DNA from: a virus
Taxonomy: Duplodnaviria; Caudoviricetes
Length of the DNA: 64,000 nucleotides
IMG/VR virus record: IMGVR_UViG_3300017909_004705
Reading direction: 5' to 3' (one strand)
In this document: positions 40,464 to 49,783 of the stretch, in pieces
Layout of the letters: each line of letters starts with the position of its first letter
Numbering within the stretch: position 1 is the first letter of the stretch
Made by a program: the position numbers and the translations under genes
The notes under the pieces: model-generated
Database searches by the model: none
Told to the model about the DNA's origin: nothing
The model's input: the letters and a program-made list of their open reading frames with translations, nothing else

Positions 40464-40645
40464 AAATTAAAGAAGTAGAAGGCATCACTGAAGCAGAGTT
40501 TGAAATATTCGCAGAGAAGAAGGATGCCTGCTATCACAAAGTGAAAGCAAGATATAAAGTTTGGCCATCAGCCTATGCCTCTGGTGCTCTAGTGCAGTGT
40601 CGTAAAAAGGGTGCGGCCAACTGGGGTAACAAGAGCAAAAAATGA
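40457..40645 (+). CDS. Small basic protein, MVKIKE leader
   Basis: DACYHKVKARYKVWPSAYASGALVQCRK module. Confidence 0.65.
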   Translation: MVKIKEVEGITEAEFEIFAEKKDACYHKVKARYKVWPSAYASGALVQCRKKGAANWGNKSKK

Positions 40646-41520
40646 AGATAAACGAACTTAACGAATCACCAGACAGAGACTACGTCAATCTTCCCAAGGA
40701 AGATATAGAAAGACTGCTACAGAAGTTCTTACCCGACTGGGAATACAAAGATAACAGTTTACAGAAAAGATACAAGTTTGAAGACTACTTTGAGGTTATA
40801 GAATTTTTGATCAACACGATCAAGCCTCAGGAAAAATTAGATCATCATGCAGACCTAGGTGTGTTCTACGATGAGGTGCTAGTAAAGGTATACACACACA
40901 GAACAAACGACGTGACAGACTATGACTTCATGGTTGCTGTTCAGATGGACATGATAGCCAAAATGAAACATGGTGCAATCAATCCAAACTACGACCTTAA
41001 TGCATTAGTCGACGAAGGTACCAGATGTTGGAAAGGTTACATGCGTAAAGGATTCAAAACAATGTTTGGCAAAAGGGTACCTAACTGCGTTAAAAGAGAA
41101 GGCAGGTTCTTTGTAAATGACGCTTTCGGAGAACAAGTTTTCGAATCAACTACAAAGGAAGATGCTTTAGATTTTTTGAGGCAGAACTATTTAGACCTAA
41201 AAACCTGTGCTGTGCATGACAACATATCAGAATCAAATCATTCCGGCCTAAGAGCATGGTTCGGTAAAGGCAAAAAGGGTGGTGCCGGAGGCGGCGGTTG
41301 GGACAGATACAACACCAAAGGCGAACGTATAGGTAAGTGTGGTGACAGGAAAAAAGGTGAAGGCAAACCTAAATGCCTGTCCAAAGCCAGAGCGGCATCA
41401 TTGAGAGCATCAGGTGGTAAGAAAGCCATAGCGGCCGCTGTGAGGAGAAAGAGAAGAAAAGACAAAAATCCTGACAGACGTGGTAAAGCAATCAACGTGG
41501 CAAATAAGAAGAAAAAATAA
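40642..41520 (+). CDS. Pterin-4a-carbinolamine dehydratase-like domain fused to basic modules, MKINELNE leader
   Basis: LPDW...YKF..Y...DHHAD...YTH PCD motif; CWKGY...VPNCVK and GLRAWF modules. Confidence 0.75.
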   Translation: MKINELNESPDRDYVNLPKEDIERLLQKFLPDWEYKDNSLQKRYKFEDYFEVIEFLINTIKPQEKLDHHADLGVFYDEVLVKVYTHRTNDVTDYDFMVAVQMDMIAKMKHGAINPNYDLNALVDEGTRCWKGYMRKGFKTMFGKRVPNCVKREGRFFVNDAFGEQVFESTTKEDALDFLRQNYLDLKTCAVHDNISESNHSGLRAWFGKGKKGGAGGGGWDRYNTKGERIGKCGDRKKGEGKPKCLSKARAASLRASGGKKAIAAAVRRKRRKDKNPDRRGKAINVANKKKK

Positions 41521-41521
41521 T

Positions 41522-41550
41522 TTGCATTTCACAAATATCTAGTATATAAT
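41522..41550 (+). promoter_or_regulatory. sigma70-like promoter of the polymerase operon
   Basis: TTGCAT-N17-TATAAT. Confidence 0.65.
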
Positions 41551-41575
41551 TGTTGAATAACAACAGGAGAAAAAA

Positions 41576-41833
41576 ATGGCAGTAAGAAACTTCAACGACG
41601 CAGAAAAACAAAAATTAATCCAAATCATATCTCAAGGCTCACAGGTACTTGGTGAAGTAGAGGATCTGAGAGCAGGTTTGAAAGACACTGTGAAAGCGAT
41701 AGCAGAAGAGTTAGAATTAAAACCAGCACTAATCAACAAGGCGATATCCGTAGCACACAAGGGCAACTACCAGAACATCGCTGACGAGATGGACACACTA
41801 GAAAGTATACTGAACACAGCCGGTAAACTTTAA
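41576..41833 (+). CDS. dsDNA-binding protein, T4 DsbA-like
   Basis: LKDTVKAIAEELEL.P..INK.I..AHK pattern; AGGAG SD; precedes the polymerase. Confidence 0.55.
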   Translation: MAVRNFNDAEKQKLIQIISQGSQVLGEVEDLRAGLKDTVKAIAEELELKPALINKAISVAHKGNYQNIADEMDTLESILNTAGKL

Positions 41834-42111
41834 TGGTCAACTTACTCAAAGAATTTTGGGTAACAAGTTACAAAACAGACAAACTTGCTTTTTATCTCGA
41901 AGTATTTTCGGTAGCGGTAACAATAGCAGGTTCATGGCTGTTGACCTTTACCTCTCCAGGCCCGGACATGAAAATGGTGTTCCCACTATATCTACTCGGA
42001 TCAAGCACACTAGCGTGGGCGTCATTCCGCAGAAGAATAATTTGGACTTGCGTATTGGCGTCATGGTTTACTATAATGAATGTGATAGGAAATTTTAGAG
42101 TATTTTTATGA
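41833..42111 (+). CDS. Small three-TM membrane protein
   Basis: Hydrophobic helices; translational coupling. Confidence 0.6.
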   Translation: MVNLLKEFWVTSYKTDKLAFYLEVFSVAVTIAGSWLLTFTSPGPDMKMVFPLYLLGSSTLAWASFRRRIIWTCVLASWFTIMNVIGNFRVFL

Positions 42112-44771
42112 GTTACATAGATGCACTATACAAAAAAGACGAGGATAAAATCTACGTTGTAGAACGTGATCCAAAGAAGGGTCGAGTGTTCGTAGAGTAC
42201 GACGCAAGATACGTTTTTTATTATCCAGACGCAAGAGGCAAACACAGGTCGATGACTGGAGAACCTTTGCAAAGGGTAATTTGTCAGACAAACAAGGAAT
42301 TCATTAAGGAGCAGAGGATTAGGTCCAACAAGCAACTTTATGAACAAGATATCAATCCGGTGTTCAGATGCTTAGAAGAAAACTATTTGGGCAAAGAGAC
42401 GCCCAAATTGAACACTATGTTTTTTGATATCGAGGTTGACTTCGATCCAGATCGAGGTTATTCCACAACAGATGATCCGTTCATGCCCATAACTGCCATA
42501 AGTTGTTACATGAGTTGGACGGATCAACTGGTGACACTTGCTGTGCCTCCAAAAACAATTAGCATGAAGGACGCACAAGAGCTCACTAGAAGATTTGAAA
42601 ATACCATGTTGTTCGAAAAAGAAAAAGACATGCTTGATGCGTTCCTACAACTTGTTGAAGATGCTGATATATTATCAGGTTGGAACTCCGAAGGGTATGA
42701 TATACCATACACTGTGGGTAGGATACAAAAAGTATTAAGTTCAGATGATACGAGACGTTTGTGTTTCTGGGGAGAAAAACCAAAGAGAAGGGTGTTCGAA
42801 AAATATGGCAGAGAACAATTGAGTTTTGATCTTGTAGGCAGGGTGCATCTCGATCTGCTAGAACTATACAGGAAGTACACATATGAAGAACGACACAGTT
42901 TCAGACTTGATGCTATAGGTGAACACGAACTAGGCGAGAAGAAAACAATTTATGAAGGATCATTAGATAATCTTTATAAAAATGACTTTGGATTGTTCAT
43001 AGAATATAACAGACAAGATACTGCACTGCTGGCCAAACTTGAAAAGAAGTTGAAGTTCATAGAACTTGCGAACGAGATTGCACACCAAAACACTGTGTTG
43101 CTACAAACAACAATGGGTGCGGTTGCTGTAACTGAGCAGGCCATTGTCAATGAAGCACACAGGCGTGGTATGATTGTTCCAGGCAGAAGATATAAAAAAG
43201 ATGGTGAAGAGAATCAACCGGCGGCGGGTGCCTATGTGGCAACTCCTATAAAAGGCATACATGATTGGGTTGGTTCAATTGACATCAACTCTCTGTATCC
43301 AAGTGTAATTAGAGCGTTAAACATGGGACCTGAAACAATAGTTGGGCAGATAAGACCTGTCATAACATCAGCAGAGATCAACAGGGCCAAACACGCAAAG
43401 AAGTCTTTCGCGGCGGCATGGGATAGCCAGTTTGGAAGTTGGGAATATCAGGCCGTTATGAACAAGGAAAAAGGAACAGAGATCATAGTGGACTGGGAGG
43501 ACAAAACCAGTGTGCGTATGAGTGCGGCACAACTTTATGATATAGTTTTTGAAGGCAACAACAAATGGATGTTGAGTGCTAACGGCACAATATTCACATA
43601 CGAGTATGAAGCAATTATTCCAGGATTACTGAAACGTTGGTATGCTGAAAGACAGGAAATGCAACGTAAGATGCATGAGTGTGGTGATAACGAAATTGAA
43701 AGAGAATACTGGGATAAGAGACAACTTGTTAAGAAAATTAATTTGAACAGTTTGTACGGTGCTATTTTAAATCCAGGTTGCAGATTTTTTGACATAAGGA
43801 TTGGACAGTCTGTGACATTGTCAGGAAGGTGCATAACGAAACACATGGCAAGTAAAGTAAATGAAATAGTTGCAGGCAAATATGACCATAAAGGTGAGAG
43901 CGTTGTTTATGGAGACACTGACTCAGTTTACTTTTCTGCATATAAAACTTTGAAAAAAGAAATTGACCAAGGTGTTATACCATGGACAAAAGACTCAGTG
44001 GTGGCCTTGTATGACAAAATATCTGACGAGGTCAATGGCTCATTCAAGGCATTTATGACAAAAGCATTCCATTGTCCAAGCACCAGAGGTGAAGTGATTG
44101 CCGCGGGTAGAGAGCTTGTAGGATCTAAAGGTCTGTTTATTACAAAGAAAAGATATGCACTGCTCTACTATGACAAAGAAGGTGAGAGGACTGACACGGC
44201 GGGCAAAGAAGGAAAAATGAAAGCAATGGGACTTGATTTGAAAAGGTCTGACACTCCTGTATTCGTACAGGACTTCTTGAGTGATCTTCTTTATATGGTA
44301 TTGACCGGTAAGAACGAAACAGAAGTGTTAGAAAAGATCAGCGAATTTCGAGCAGAATTCAAAGCAAGGCCAGGTTGGGAAAAAGGATCTCCCAAGAGAG
44401 CAAACAACATGACCAAGTACACAGCGGCCGAGGAAGCGAAAGGCAAGGCAAACATGCCGGGACATGTGAGGGCCAGCATGAACTGGAATAGGTGTAGAGA
44501 AATGTATGGAGACAAATATTCGTTGCCTATCACTGATGGTGCCAAAGTTATTGTGTGCAAGTTGAAGAACAATCCACTAGGCTATACAAGCATCGCATAT
44601 CCTGTAGACGAAATGCGTATTCCAGAATGGTTCAAAGAACTGCCATTCGACGGTGACGCTATGGAAAGCACTATCCTAGACCAAAAGATTGACAACCTCA
44701 TAGGTGTGCTAGGTTGGGACGTTCAAAGCACAGAGACCACAAACACATTTAACAAACTATTTGACTTTTAA
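42108..44771 (+). CDS. gp43: Family B DNA polymerase (T4 gp43-like)
   Basis: FDIE exonuclease motif; DINSLYPS, KINLNSLYG, YGDTDS and KKRY. Confidence 0.96.
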   Translation: MSYIDALYKKDEDKIYVVERDPKKGRVFVEYDARYVFYYPDARGKHRSMTGEPLQRVICQTNKEFIKEQRIRSNKQLYEQDINPVFRCLEENYLGKETPKLNTMFFDIEVDFDPDRGYSTTDDPFMPITAISCYMSWTDQLVTLAVPPKTISMKDAQELTRRFENTMLFEKEKDMLDAFLQLVEDADILSGWNSEGYDIPYTVGRIQKVLSSDDTRRLCFWGEKPKRRVFEKYGREQLSFDLVGRVHLDLLELYRKYTYEERHSFRLDAIGEHELGEKKTIYEGSLDNLYKNDFGLFIEYNRQDTALLAKLEKKLKFIELANEIAHQNTVLLQTTMGAVAVTEQAIVNEAHRRGMIVPGRRYKKDGEENQPAAGAYVATPIKGIHDWVGSIDINSLYPSVIRALNMGPETIVGQIRPVITSAEINRAKHAKKSFAAAWDSQFGSWEYQAVMNKEKGTEIIVDWEDKTSVRMSAAQLYDIVFEGNNKWMLSANGTIFTYEYEAIIPGLLKRWYAERQEMQRKMHECGDNEIEREYWDKRQLVKKINLNSLYGAILNPGCRFFDIRIGQSVTLSGRCITKHMASKVNEIVAGKYDHKGESVVYGDTDSVYFSAYKTLKKEIDQGVIPWTKDSVVALYDKISDEVNGSFKAFMTKAFHCPSTRGEVIAAGRELVGSKGLFITKKRYALLYYDKEGERTDTAGKEGKMKAMGLDLKRSDTPVFVQDFLSDLLYMVLTGKNETEVLEKISEFRAEFKARPGWEKGSPKRANNMTKYTAAEEAKGKANMPGHVRASMNWNRCREMYGDKYSLPITDGAKVIVCKLKNNPLGYTSIAYPVDEMRIPEWFKELPFDGDAMESTILDQKIDNLIGVLGWDVQSTETTNTFNKLFDF

Positions 44772-44779
44772 ATACGGAT

Positions 44780-45076
44780 ATGGATTTGAAGGAAATTTAT
44801 ATCGAAAGTCTGAAATCACACGATTGGAACTACGAGAGACACAACGATTCAAAGTTTGAAATTGGACTTAATCAGAAAGATAAAATTAGAAGTATAATCG
44901 CAGAAGCCTATGAACTAGGAAAAGATCCTGCTAGAATATTTTACAGCATTTGTCCGGAACACCTTTACAAGCAGTCAGCAGATTATGGAATCAGAACACC
45001 ATGGGAAGAATTGTTGCTAGATCAAGAGATCCAAAAAGAAGAAAATCAGAAAAAATTTAACAATGTTAAGTATTGA
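44780..45076 (+). CDS. Hypothetical protein (HDWxY motif)
   Basis: TAAATA 5 nt upstream. Confidence 0.55.
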   Translation: MDLKEIYIESLKSHDWNYERHNDSKFEIGLNQKDKIRSIIAEAYELGKDPARIFYSICPEHLYKQSADYGIRTPWEELLLDQEIQKEENQKKFNNVKY

Positions 45077-45863
45077 AGAAATTAAATTATTAATAGAAAA
45101 ACTCGAGAAGGCAAAAGAATCCGATTTCAAAGATTTGATAGATACAAATCTAAAAATACTTAAAGATATCGAAATGGCCGTAGATGCAAACAATGAGGCT
45201 GTGATAGACAGGCTAGACAAAACTCCAGAGTGGTTTACGAAAGATATTGACGCCAAAAGAATCAGACCAGTTGTGAGTCCATGGTTATTTAGATTGATTC
45301 AGACAAAGATATATCAGTTCGCACAAACCAGTGGAAATTACAATAGTTTAGAAATAGGTCCTGGCACAGGCATGTTTTCAAGAGAATTTGGAGCATGGAA
45401 TTTGAACTATTTCGTGGATGTTAACACATGGGTGGAAAAGAGTATACGGAAGAAATTCCCTAACAGGGCTCAAAAAAATTTAAAGTTTTATCTTACAGAC
45501 CGAACCAAATGTGATGACATACCTACCAATAGTTGTAATTTTGTTTTTAGTTGGGACACCTTTGTGTTTTTCACCAAGGCGCACATAGAGGAGTACTTGC
45601 AAGACATTAAGAGAGTATTAATAGACGGTGGTTATGGATTCATTCAATATGCAGACTGCGAAACAGAAATAGACCTGTCACGTGCCCAAAGAGGCTACTG
45701 GAATTACAATACCAAATCAGGCATGAAAGAAATGCTTATCACTGCCGGATTTCAAATAGTGGAAATGAATCAATTCATGGCTGGAGCCAATTTTGTAATA
45801 TTTCGTAAGCCTGGTAAACAAAATACCGTGCTGTATGAAAAAAGTGAAATAGTACTAGACTAA
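45063..45863 (+). CDS. Class I SAM-dependent methyltransferase
   Basis: LEIGPGTG motif I, FVDV, FVFSWDTF, RVLIDGG. Confidence 0.8.
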   Translation: MLSIEEIKLLIEKLEKAKESDFKDLIDTNLKILKDIEMAVDANNEAVIDRLDKTPEWFTKDIDAKRIRPVVSPWLFRLIQTKIYQFAQTSGNYNSLEIGPGTGMFSREFGAWNLNYFVDVNTWVEKSIRKKFPNRAQKNLKFYLTDRTKCDDIPTNSCNFVFSWDTFVFFTKAHIEEYLQDIKRVLIDGGYGFIQYADCETEIDLSRAQRGYWNYNTKSGMKEMLITAGFQIVEMNQFMAGANFVIFRKPGKQNTVLYEKSEIVLD

Positions 45864-45884
45864 GATCTAAATATACTATACAAT
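45856..45884 (+). promoter_or_regulatory. sigma70-like promoter of clamp-dpdA with nested TAAATA
   Basis: TAGACT-N17-TACAAT; TAAATA at 45868-45873. Confidence 0.6.
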
Positions 45885-45893
45885 AAAAGCATT

Positions 45894-46631
45894 ATGATAG
45901 ACATCTTAAAAGACATCGTTAAACATACGCATGGACTGGGATTCTTGGATCTTGTTAAGATCACTGGCGACGACAAAGAGACTGTCATCGATTCAATGGC
46001 CGAAGACAGATCTGTGATCCTGCAAGGGTCTTTCCACAAACCACAAGCGGAAATGAATGGTACGTTTGGTATGCCACAGATGGGCAAACTAGACATACAC
46101 TTGAAATGTCCGGAGTACAAGGAAAAGGCAAACATAACAGTGTTGTCCGGTGAGAGAAACGGCGCAACAGTTCCAACAGGAATCCATTTTGAGAATGAAA
46201 AGGGTGACTTCAAGAACGACTACAGGTTTATGAATGCTGAGATTATCAACGAGAAACTTAAGACTGTGAAGTTCAAGGGAGTTAAGTGGGACGTTGAGAT
46301 CGAACCAACTGTGGCAAGTGTGCAGAGATTCAATTTCCAAGCAACTGCAAACACAGAACACAATTCATTCGTTGTGAGGACAGAAGACGGAAACTTGATT
46401 TTCACTTTTGGTGATCAAGCATCGCATGGTGGTGAGTTTACATTTGCAACTGACGTTAAGGGCACACTTAACAAAGGTTGGAGTTGGCCTGTAGGACAGG
46501 TGTTACAAATACTTAAACTTTCAGACTCGGCAAAGGTCATGTTGCACTTCTCTAACGAAGGTGCCATGATGGTCAGCGTTGACTCAGGCTTAGGCAAGTA
46601 TCAATACATCATACCAGCACAGGCGCAATAA
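45894..46631 (+). CDS. gp45: Putative DNA sliding clamp (gp45/PCNA-like)
   Basis: Size, beta-rich pattern and C-terminal YQYIIPA; near PolB, with a clamp loader in the window. Confidence 0.6.
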   Translation: MIDILKDIVKHTHGLGFLDLVKITGDDKETVIDSMAEDRSVILQGSFHKPQAEMNGTFGMPQMGKLDIHLKCPEYKEKANITVLSGERNGATVPTGIHFENEKGDFKNDYRFMNAEIINEKLKTVKFKGVKWDVEIEPTVASVQRFNFQATANTEHNSFVVRTEDGNLIFTFGDQASHGGEFTFATDVKGTLNKGWSWPVGQVLQILKLSDSAKVMLHFSNEGAMMVSVDSGLGKYQYIIPAQAQ

Positions 46632-48079
46632 TGACGACAGATAACGGTAGGCAAGAACATCTCGGAGACTTGAGCAGAGACTTTGCTGTATTCTTGCCTG
46701 CTATATCAAATTTCTATAATACATTCATCAGCAAACAAAGGGTAACAGAAGGCAAACATATTCCTGCTGAAAGGATACCCAAGACTTTTGAAAACGGCGT
46801 AGAATCGTTAAACTTTATTAATCCAGACAAAGGTATGTTCACCTATCCAACCGCACTTTATTCGGCAGGACATGCCTGCCTTGACATGGAGAAGGTGGCA
46901 GACAGAGATCATATGTTTGTCAACAGAGATAGAAAATTTACAACGATAGTTGGTGATTCCGGTGGATATCAGATTGGCAAGGGTGTCATAAAATTTGATT
47001 GGAAAGATTTTGAAGGAAACAAAGCCAACAAAGTTAGGTCAGATATTCTTAACTGGCTTGAACTTACAAGCGACTGGGCAATGACACTAGACGTGCCAAC
47101 ATGGGCGGCTGATGATCTTAACAGTCCTAAGACAGGTCTTAAAAGTTTCCAAGACACACTGGACGGCACAATATACAACAACAAGTTCTTTCAAAAAAAC
47201 AGGCTAGGACAAACAAAATTATTAAACGTGTTACAGGGGGATGACTGGAACACAGCACAGATATGGTATGATGCTGTGAAAGACTTCGAATTCGAAGGAT
47301 GGGCAATGGGTGGTATCAACATGTGTGACATGGAAGTGATGCTAAAACGCCTAATAATTATGAGAGATGAGAAGAAACTTGACGGCAAAGACTGGATGCA
47401 CGTACTAGGAACTTCGCAGATGGATTGGGCGTGTTATCTTACACAGGTACAAAGACAGGTAAGGAAACACATAAACGAAAACTTCACAATTAGTTTTGAC
47501 AGTGCATCAGCATTTTTATCGACTGCAAATGGCCTAGTGTACACACATAACTCGTTTGCTCCTGACAGATTCTCTTTTGTCATGGACAAGGCTCCAGATG
47601 ACAAAAGATTGAAGGATTCCAACATACAGTTTCCATTTGATAGTGGAGTTGGTAGAAGATTGACAATGGGTGATGTTTGCTTCTATGGCGAGAATGATCT
47701 AAACAAAAACGGAAAGATAGGGGCGACTAGTTGGGACAGTTTCAGTTATGTCCTAATGATGGCCCACAATGTTTACAATCAGATAAGAGCCATTCAAATT
47801 GCAAATGATCTAAATGACATAGAATCTATGAAACACAGACCAGAAGTGAAGCATTGGCGTAAAACAAAAGCATCGGACAAGACAGATGAGCCAAGTATAT
47901 ATGTTCCAAGAAATATTTTGTATTTCAACACATTTGTAGAAGAAGTTTTTACCAGTGAAAAACCAATGGATGTGATTGCAAGTGCATCGAGTTACTTGGC
48001 AGACATAAGAGGTAATAGATGGGCAAGAGCGACAGGTGGCGGTAAAGGCACCAATAACTTTAGTTCTTTATTTGAATAG
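46631..48079 (+). CDS. dpdA: DNA 7-deazaguanine transglycosylase (TGT superfamily, DpdA-like)
   Basis: DSGGYQ, LDVP, VLQG, HVLG and SFDS TGT motifs; coupled to the clamp gene; folE and queE nearby. Confidence 0.8.
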   Translation: MTTDNGRQEHLGDLSRDFAVFLPAISNFYNTFISKQRVTEGKHIPAERIPKTFENGVESLNFINPDKGMFTYPTALYSAGHACLDMEKVADRDHMFVNRDRKFTTIVGDSGGYQIGKGVIKFDWKDFEGNKANKVRSDILNWLELTSDWAMTLDVPTWAADDLNSPKTGLKSFQDTLDGTIYNNKFFQKNRLGQTKLLNVLQGDDWNTAQIWYDAVKDFEFEGWAMGGINMCDMEVMLKRLIIMRDEKKLDGKDWMHVLGTSQMDWACYLTQVQRQVRKHINENFTISFDSASAFLSTANGLVYTHNSFAPDRFSFVMDKAPDDKRLKDSNIQFPFDSGVGRRLTMGDVCFYGENDLNKNGKIGATSWDSFSYVLMMAHNVYNQIRAIQIANDLNDIESMKHRPEVKHWRKTKASDKTDEPSIYVPRNILYFNTFVEEVFTSEKPMDVIASASSYLADIRGNRWARATGGGKGTNNFSSLFE

Positions 48080-48087
48080 GAGGATAA

Positions 48088-48291
48088 ATGAGGCTGACAA
48101 AGAGAAGAAGCAAAAAACTTAAAAAACTCGAGGAAGAACACGCATACTTAGACCGTAAGGTAAAAGAACTTACCAAGGATAGGCTTAAAGACAGAAGTAC
48201 AGAGAGTAAATCAATATTGATGAGATTGAAAAAAACCAAATTAGCTTTGAAAGATGCTATAGCCAAGGCGAAGTCGACGTTGACAAAATAG
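48088..48291 (+). CDS. DUF465/YdcH-like coiled-coil protein
   Basis: EEEH..LD..V..L...LK..KL.LKD.I pattern. Confidence 0.6.
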   Translation: MRLTKRRSKKLKKLEEEHAYLDRKVKELTKDRLKDRSTESKSILMRLKKTKLALKDAIAKAKSTLTK

Positions 48292-48308
48292 TGTACCCGT
48301 AATATAAT
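48280..48308 (+). promoter_or_regulatory. Consensus sigma70 promoter
   Basis: TTGACA-N17-TATAAT; 5 nt to the ATG. Confidence 0.8.
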
Positions 48309-48313
48309 ATAGC

Positions 48314-48850
48314 ATGGACAGAGATTACAAGACAGGTAGAAGTGACAGTGTAGGTGTATTTTCAGGTTTTGAAGTAGAACATACTCCAGCATATGGTAAA
48401 AAAACGTTGTTCCTTGCAAGGAATGATTTGCTTTTTGACCAAATTGTTGATTTGGCACAGAAGGTAAATGCAGAAGCAATATACTTTGGCGCAAATAGAA
48501 CTTTCATGCACAACATTGTTAATACATCAAATTTGATCAAAAGACTCATGGATAAAGGTTACTGGTGTACTATCGACTATCAACATAGTGTACACGCAGA
48601 TGTAAAAGAAAGGTTCTCACAAATTTGGAACGAAGAAAAGTTCATACCGTTTTGTTCAATAATATTTCCTGATTCAGAGAATGATGACAATCTTTGCATT
48701 AAAGTCGACGACGTAGATTTTAACAAGACAAACCCAGGTGTTTGGACAATGACCATGGACAACTTCAAGCAGTCAGCAGGATTCACATCATGGGAACATT
48801 ACAAACAGGACGAGCCATTGGAGGAAAATGATGTCAAAAAAGTCGTCTAA
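48314..48850 (+). CDS. Hypothetical protein in the deazaguanine cluster
   Basis: 178 aa; own sigma70-like promoter. Confidence 0.65.
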   Translation: MDRDYKTGRSDSVGVFSGFEVEHTPAYGKKTLFLARNDLLFDQIVDLAQKVNAEAIYFGANRTFMHNIVNTSNLIKRLMDKGYWCTIDYQHSVHADVKERFSQIWNEEKFIPFCSIIFPDSENDDNLCIKVDDVDFNKTNPGVWTMTMDNFKQSAGFTSWEHYKQDEPLEENDVKKVV

Positions 48851-49010
48851 AAAGGATGAAGGCATGGCAAATTACAAGGCTTGGCTGAAAGAAAACAAAA
48901 AACTTGAAAGAATGGGACTACACGGAACAGACTACTACGTAAGAAGAGTAGAGGAACTTGAAGCAAAAGTAAAAAAACTAGAAGAAAAATTAAAAAGGAA
49001 AGGCAAATGA
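48828..49010 (+). CDS. Small basic coiled-coil protein
   Basis: GGAGG SD. Confidence 0.5.
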   Translation: MMSKKSSKKDEGMANYKAWLKENKKLERMGLHGTDYYVRRVEELEAKVKKLEEKLKRKGK

Positions 49011-49453
49011 TGAACACGGAAGAACAACACGAGAGGGCATTAAAAGAACAGGCCAACAAAGGATCAAAAATGATATGGGTGACTTTTAGGAAAGAAGGCA
49101 TCCACAAGTATCCAGCGGCACTAGATAATCCAAAATTAGCGACTGGTGATAGAATGGATGTATCTTTCCTTGGATATCCGCACAGACACATATTCCATTT
49201 CAAGGTTGCGATAGAAGTTTTCCACGACGACAGGGACATAGAATTTATACAATTCAAGAGATGGATGGAGGATATGTACAGTGAAGGCACACTAAAACTG
49301 GACTTCAAATCATGTGAGATGATGAGTGATGATCTCTATGTGCAGATTGCGAAAAGATATCCTGGCAGACAGATTGAAATAGACGTATCGGAGGATGGTG
49401 AAAACGGAAGTCATGCAGTCTATGATAAGCCGGCACCAGTGAGTGCGATATAA
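49007..49453 (+). CDS. dpdL: QueD-like T-fold protein with LxxxHRHxF motif (CDG decarboxylase DpdL-like)
   Basis: EGIH, LGYPHRHIF, SCE and EDGENG; lacks the QueD CxxxHGH. DpdL assignment rests on my recollection of the motif. Confidence 0.65.
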   Translation: MMNTEEQHERALKEQANKGSKMIWVTFRKEGIHKYPAALDNPKLATGDRMDVSFLGYPHRHIFHFKVAIEVFHDDRDIEFIQFKRWMEDMYSEGTLKLDFKSCEMMSDDLYVQIAKRYPGRQIEIDVSEDGENGSHAVYDKPAPVSAI

Positions 49454-49782
49454 TGAAAGAGATTCATATACAACAGAATAGGGCTACAACAAGAATGGGG
49501 CATCTTCCCATAGAGGGTGGCGGCCTAAATGCTGGATATGATACTGTTGATGCGGTGGCAAACATCTGCACCACAGCAGGTAACTTGGGAATGATATATG
49601 GCAAAGATTTTATTTGGGCATACGCAGGATACGAAGAAGCGGGGGATGACCTCGAAGAGTGTATCACACTTATGGTCAAAGAAGAAAAGTATGAATCGTT
49701 CCTACAACTTGCCATACAAAACAATCATAAAATAAGGCACACAAACAAAGGAACAGTTAAATTAGTTAAGGAGAGAAAATAA
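49453..49782 (+). CDS. Hypothetical protein
   Basis: TAATG coupling. Confidence 0.55.
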   Translation: MKEIHIQQNRATTRMGHLPIEGGGLNAGYDTVDAVANICTTAGNLGMIYGKDFIWAYAGYEEAGDDLEECITLMVKEEKYESFLQLAIQNNHKIRHTNKGTVKLVKERK

Positions 49783-49783
49783 A

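Noticed and set aside
42108-44771. Intein or intron in the DNA polymerase
   Set aside because: The ORF is continuous, of normal gp43 length, and has no splice motifs
46631-48079. Ordinary tRNA-guanine transglycosylase (tgt)
   Set aside because: It lacks the CxCxxC Zn motif of bacterial Tgt and is coupled to replication genes; DNA-acting DpdA fits better
49007-49453. Canonical QueD
   Set aside because: It lacks CxxxHGH and has LxxxHRHxF; it could still substitute for QueD, which is untested
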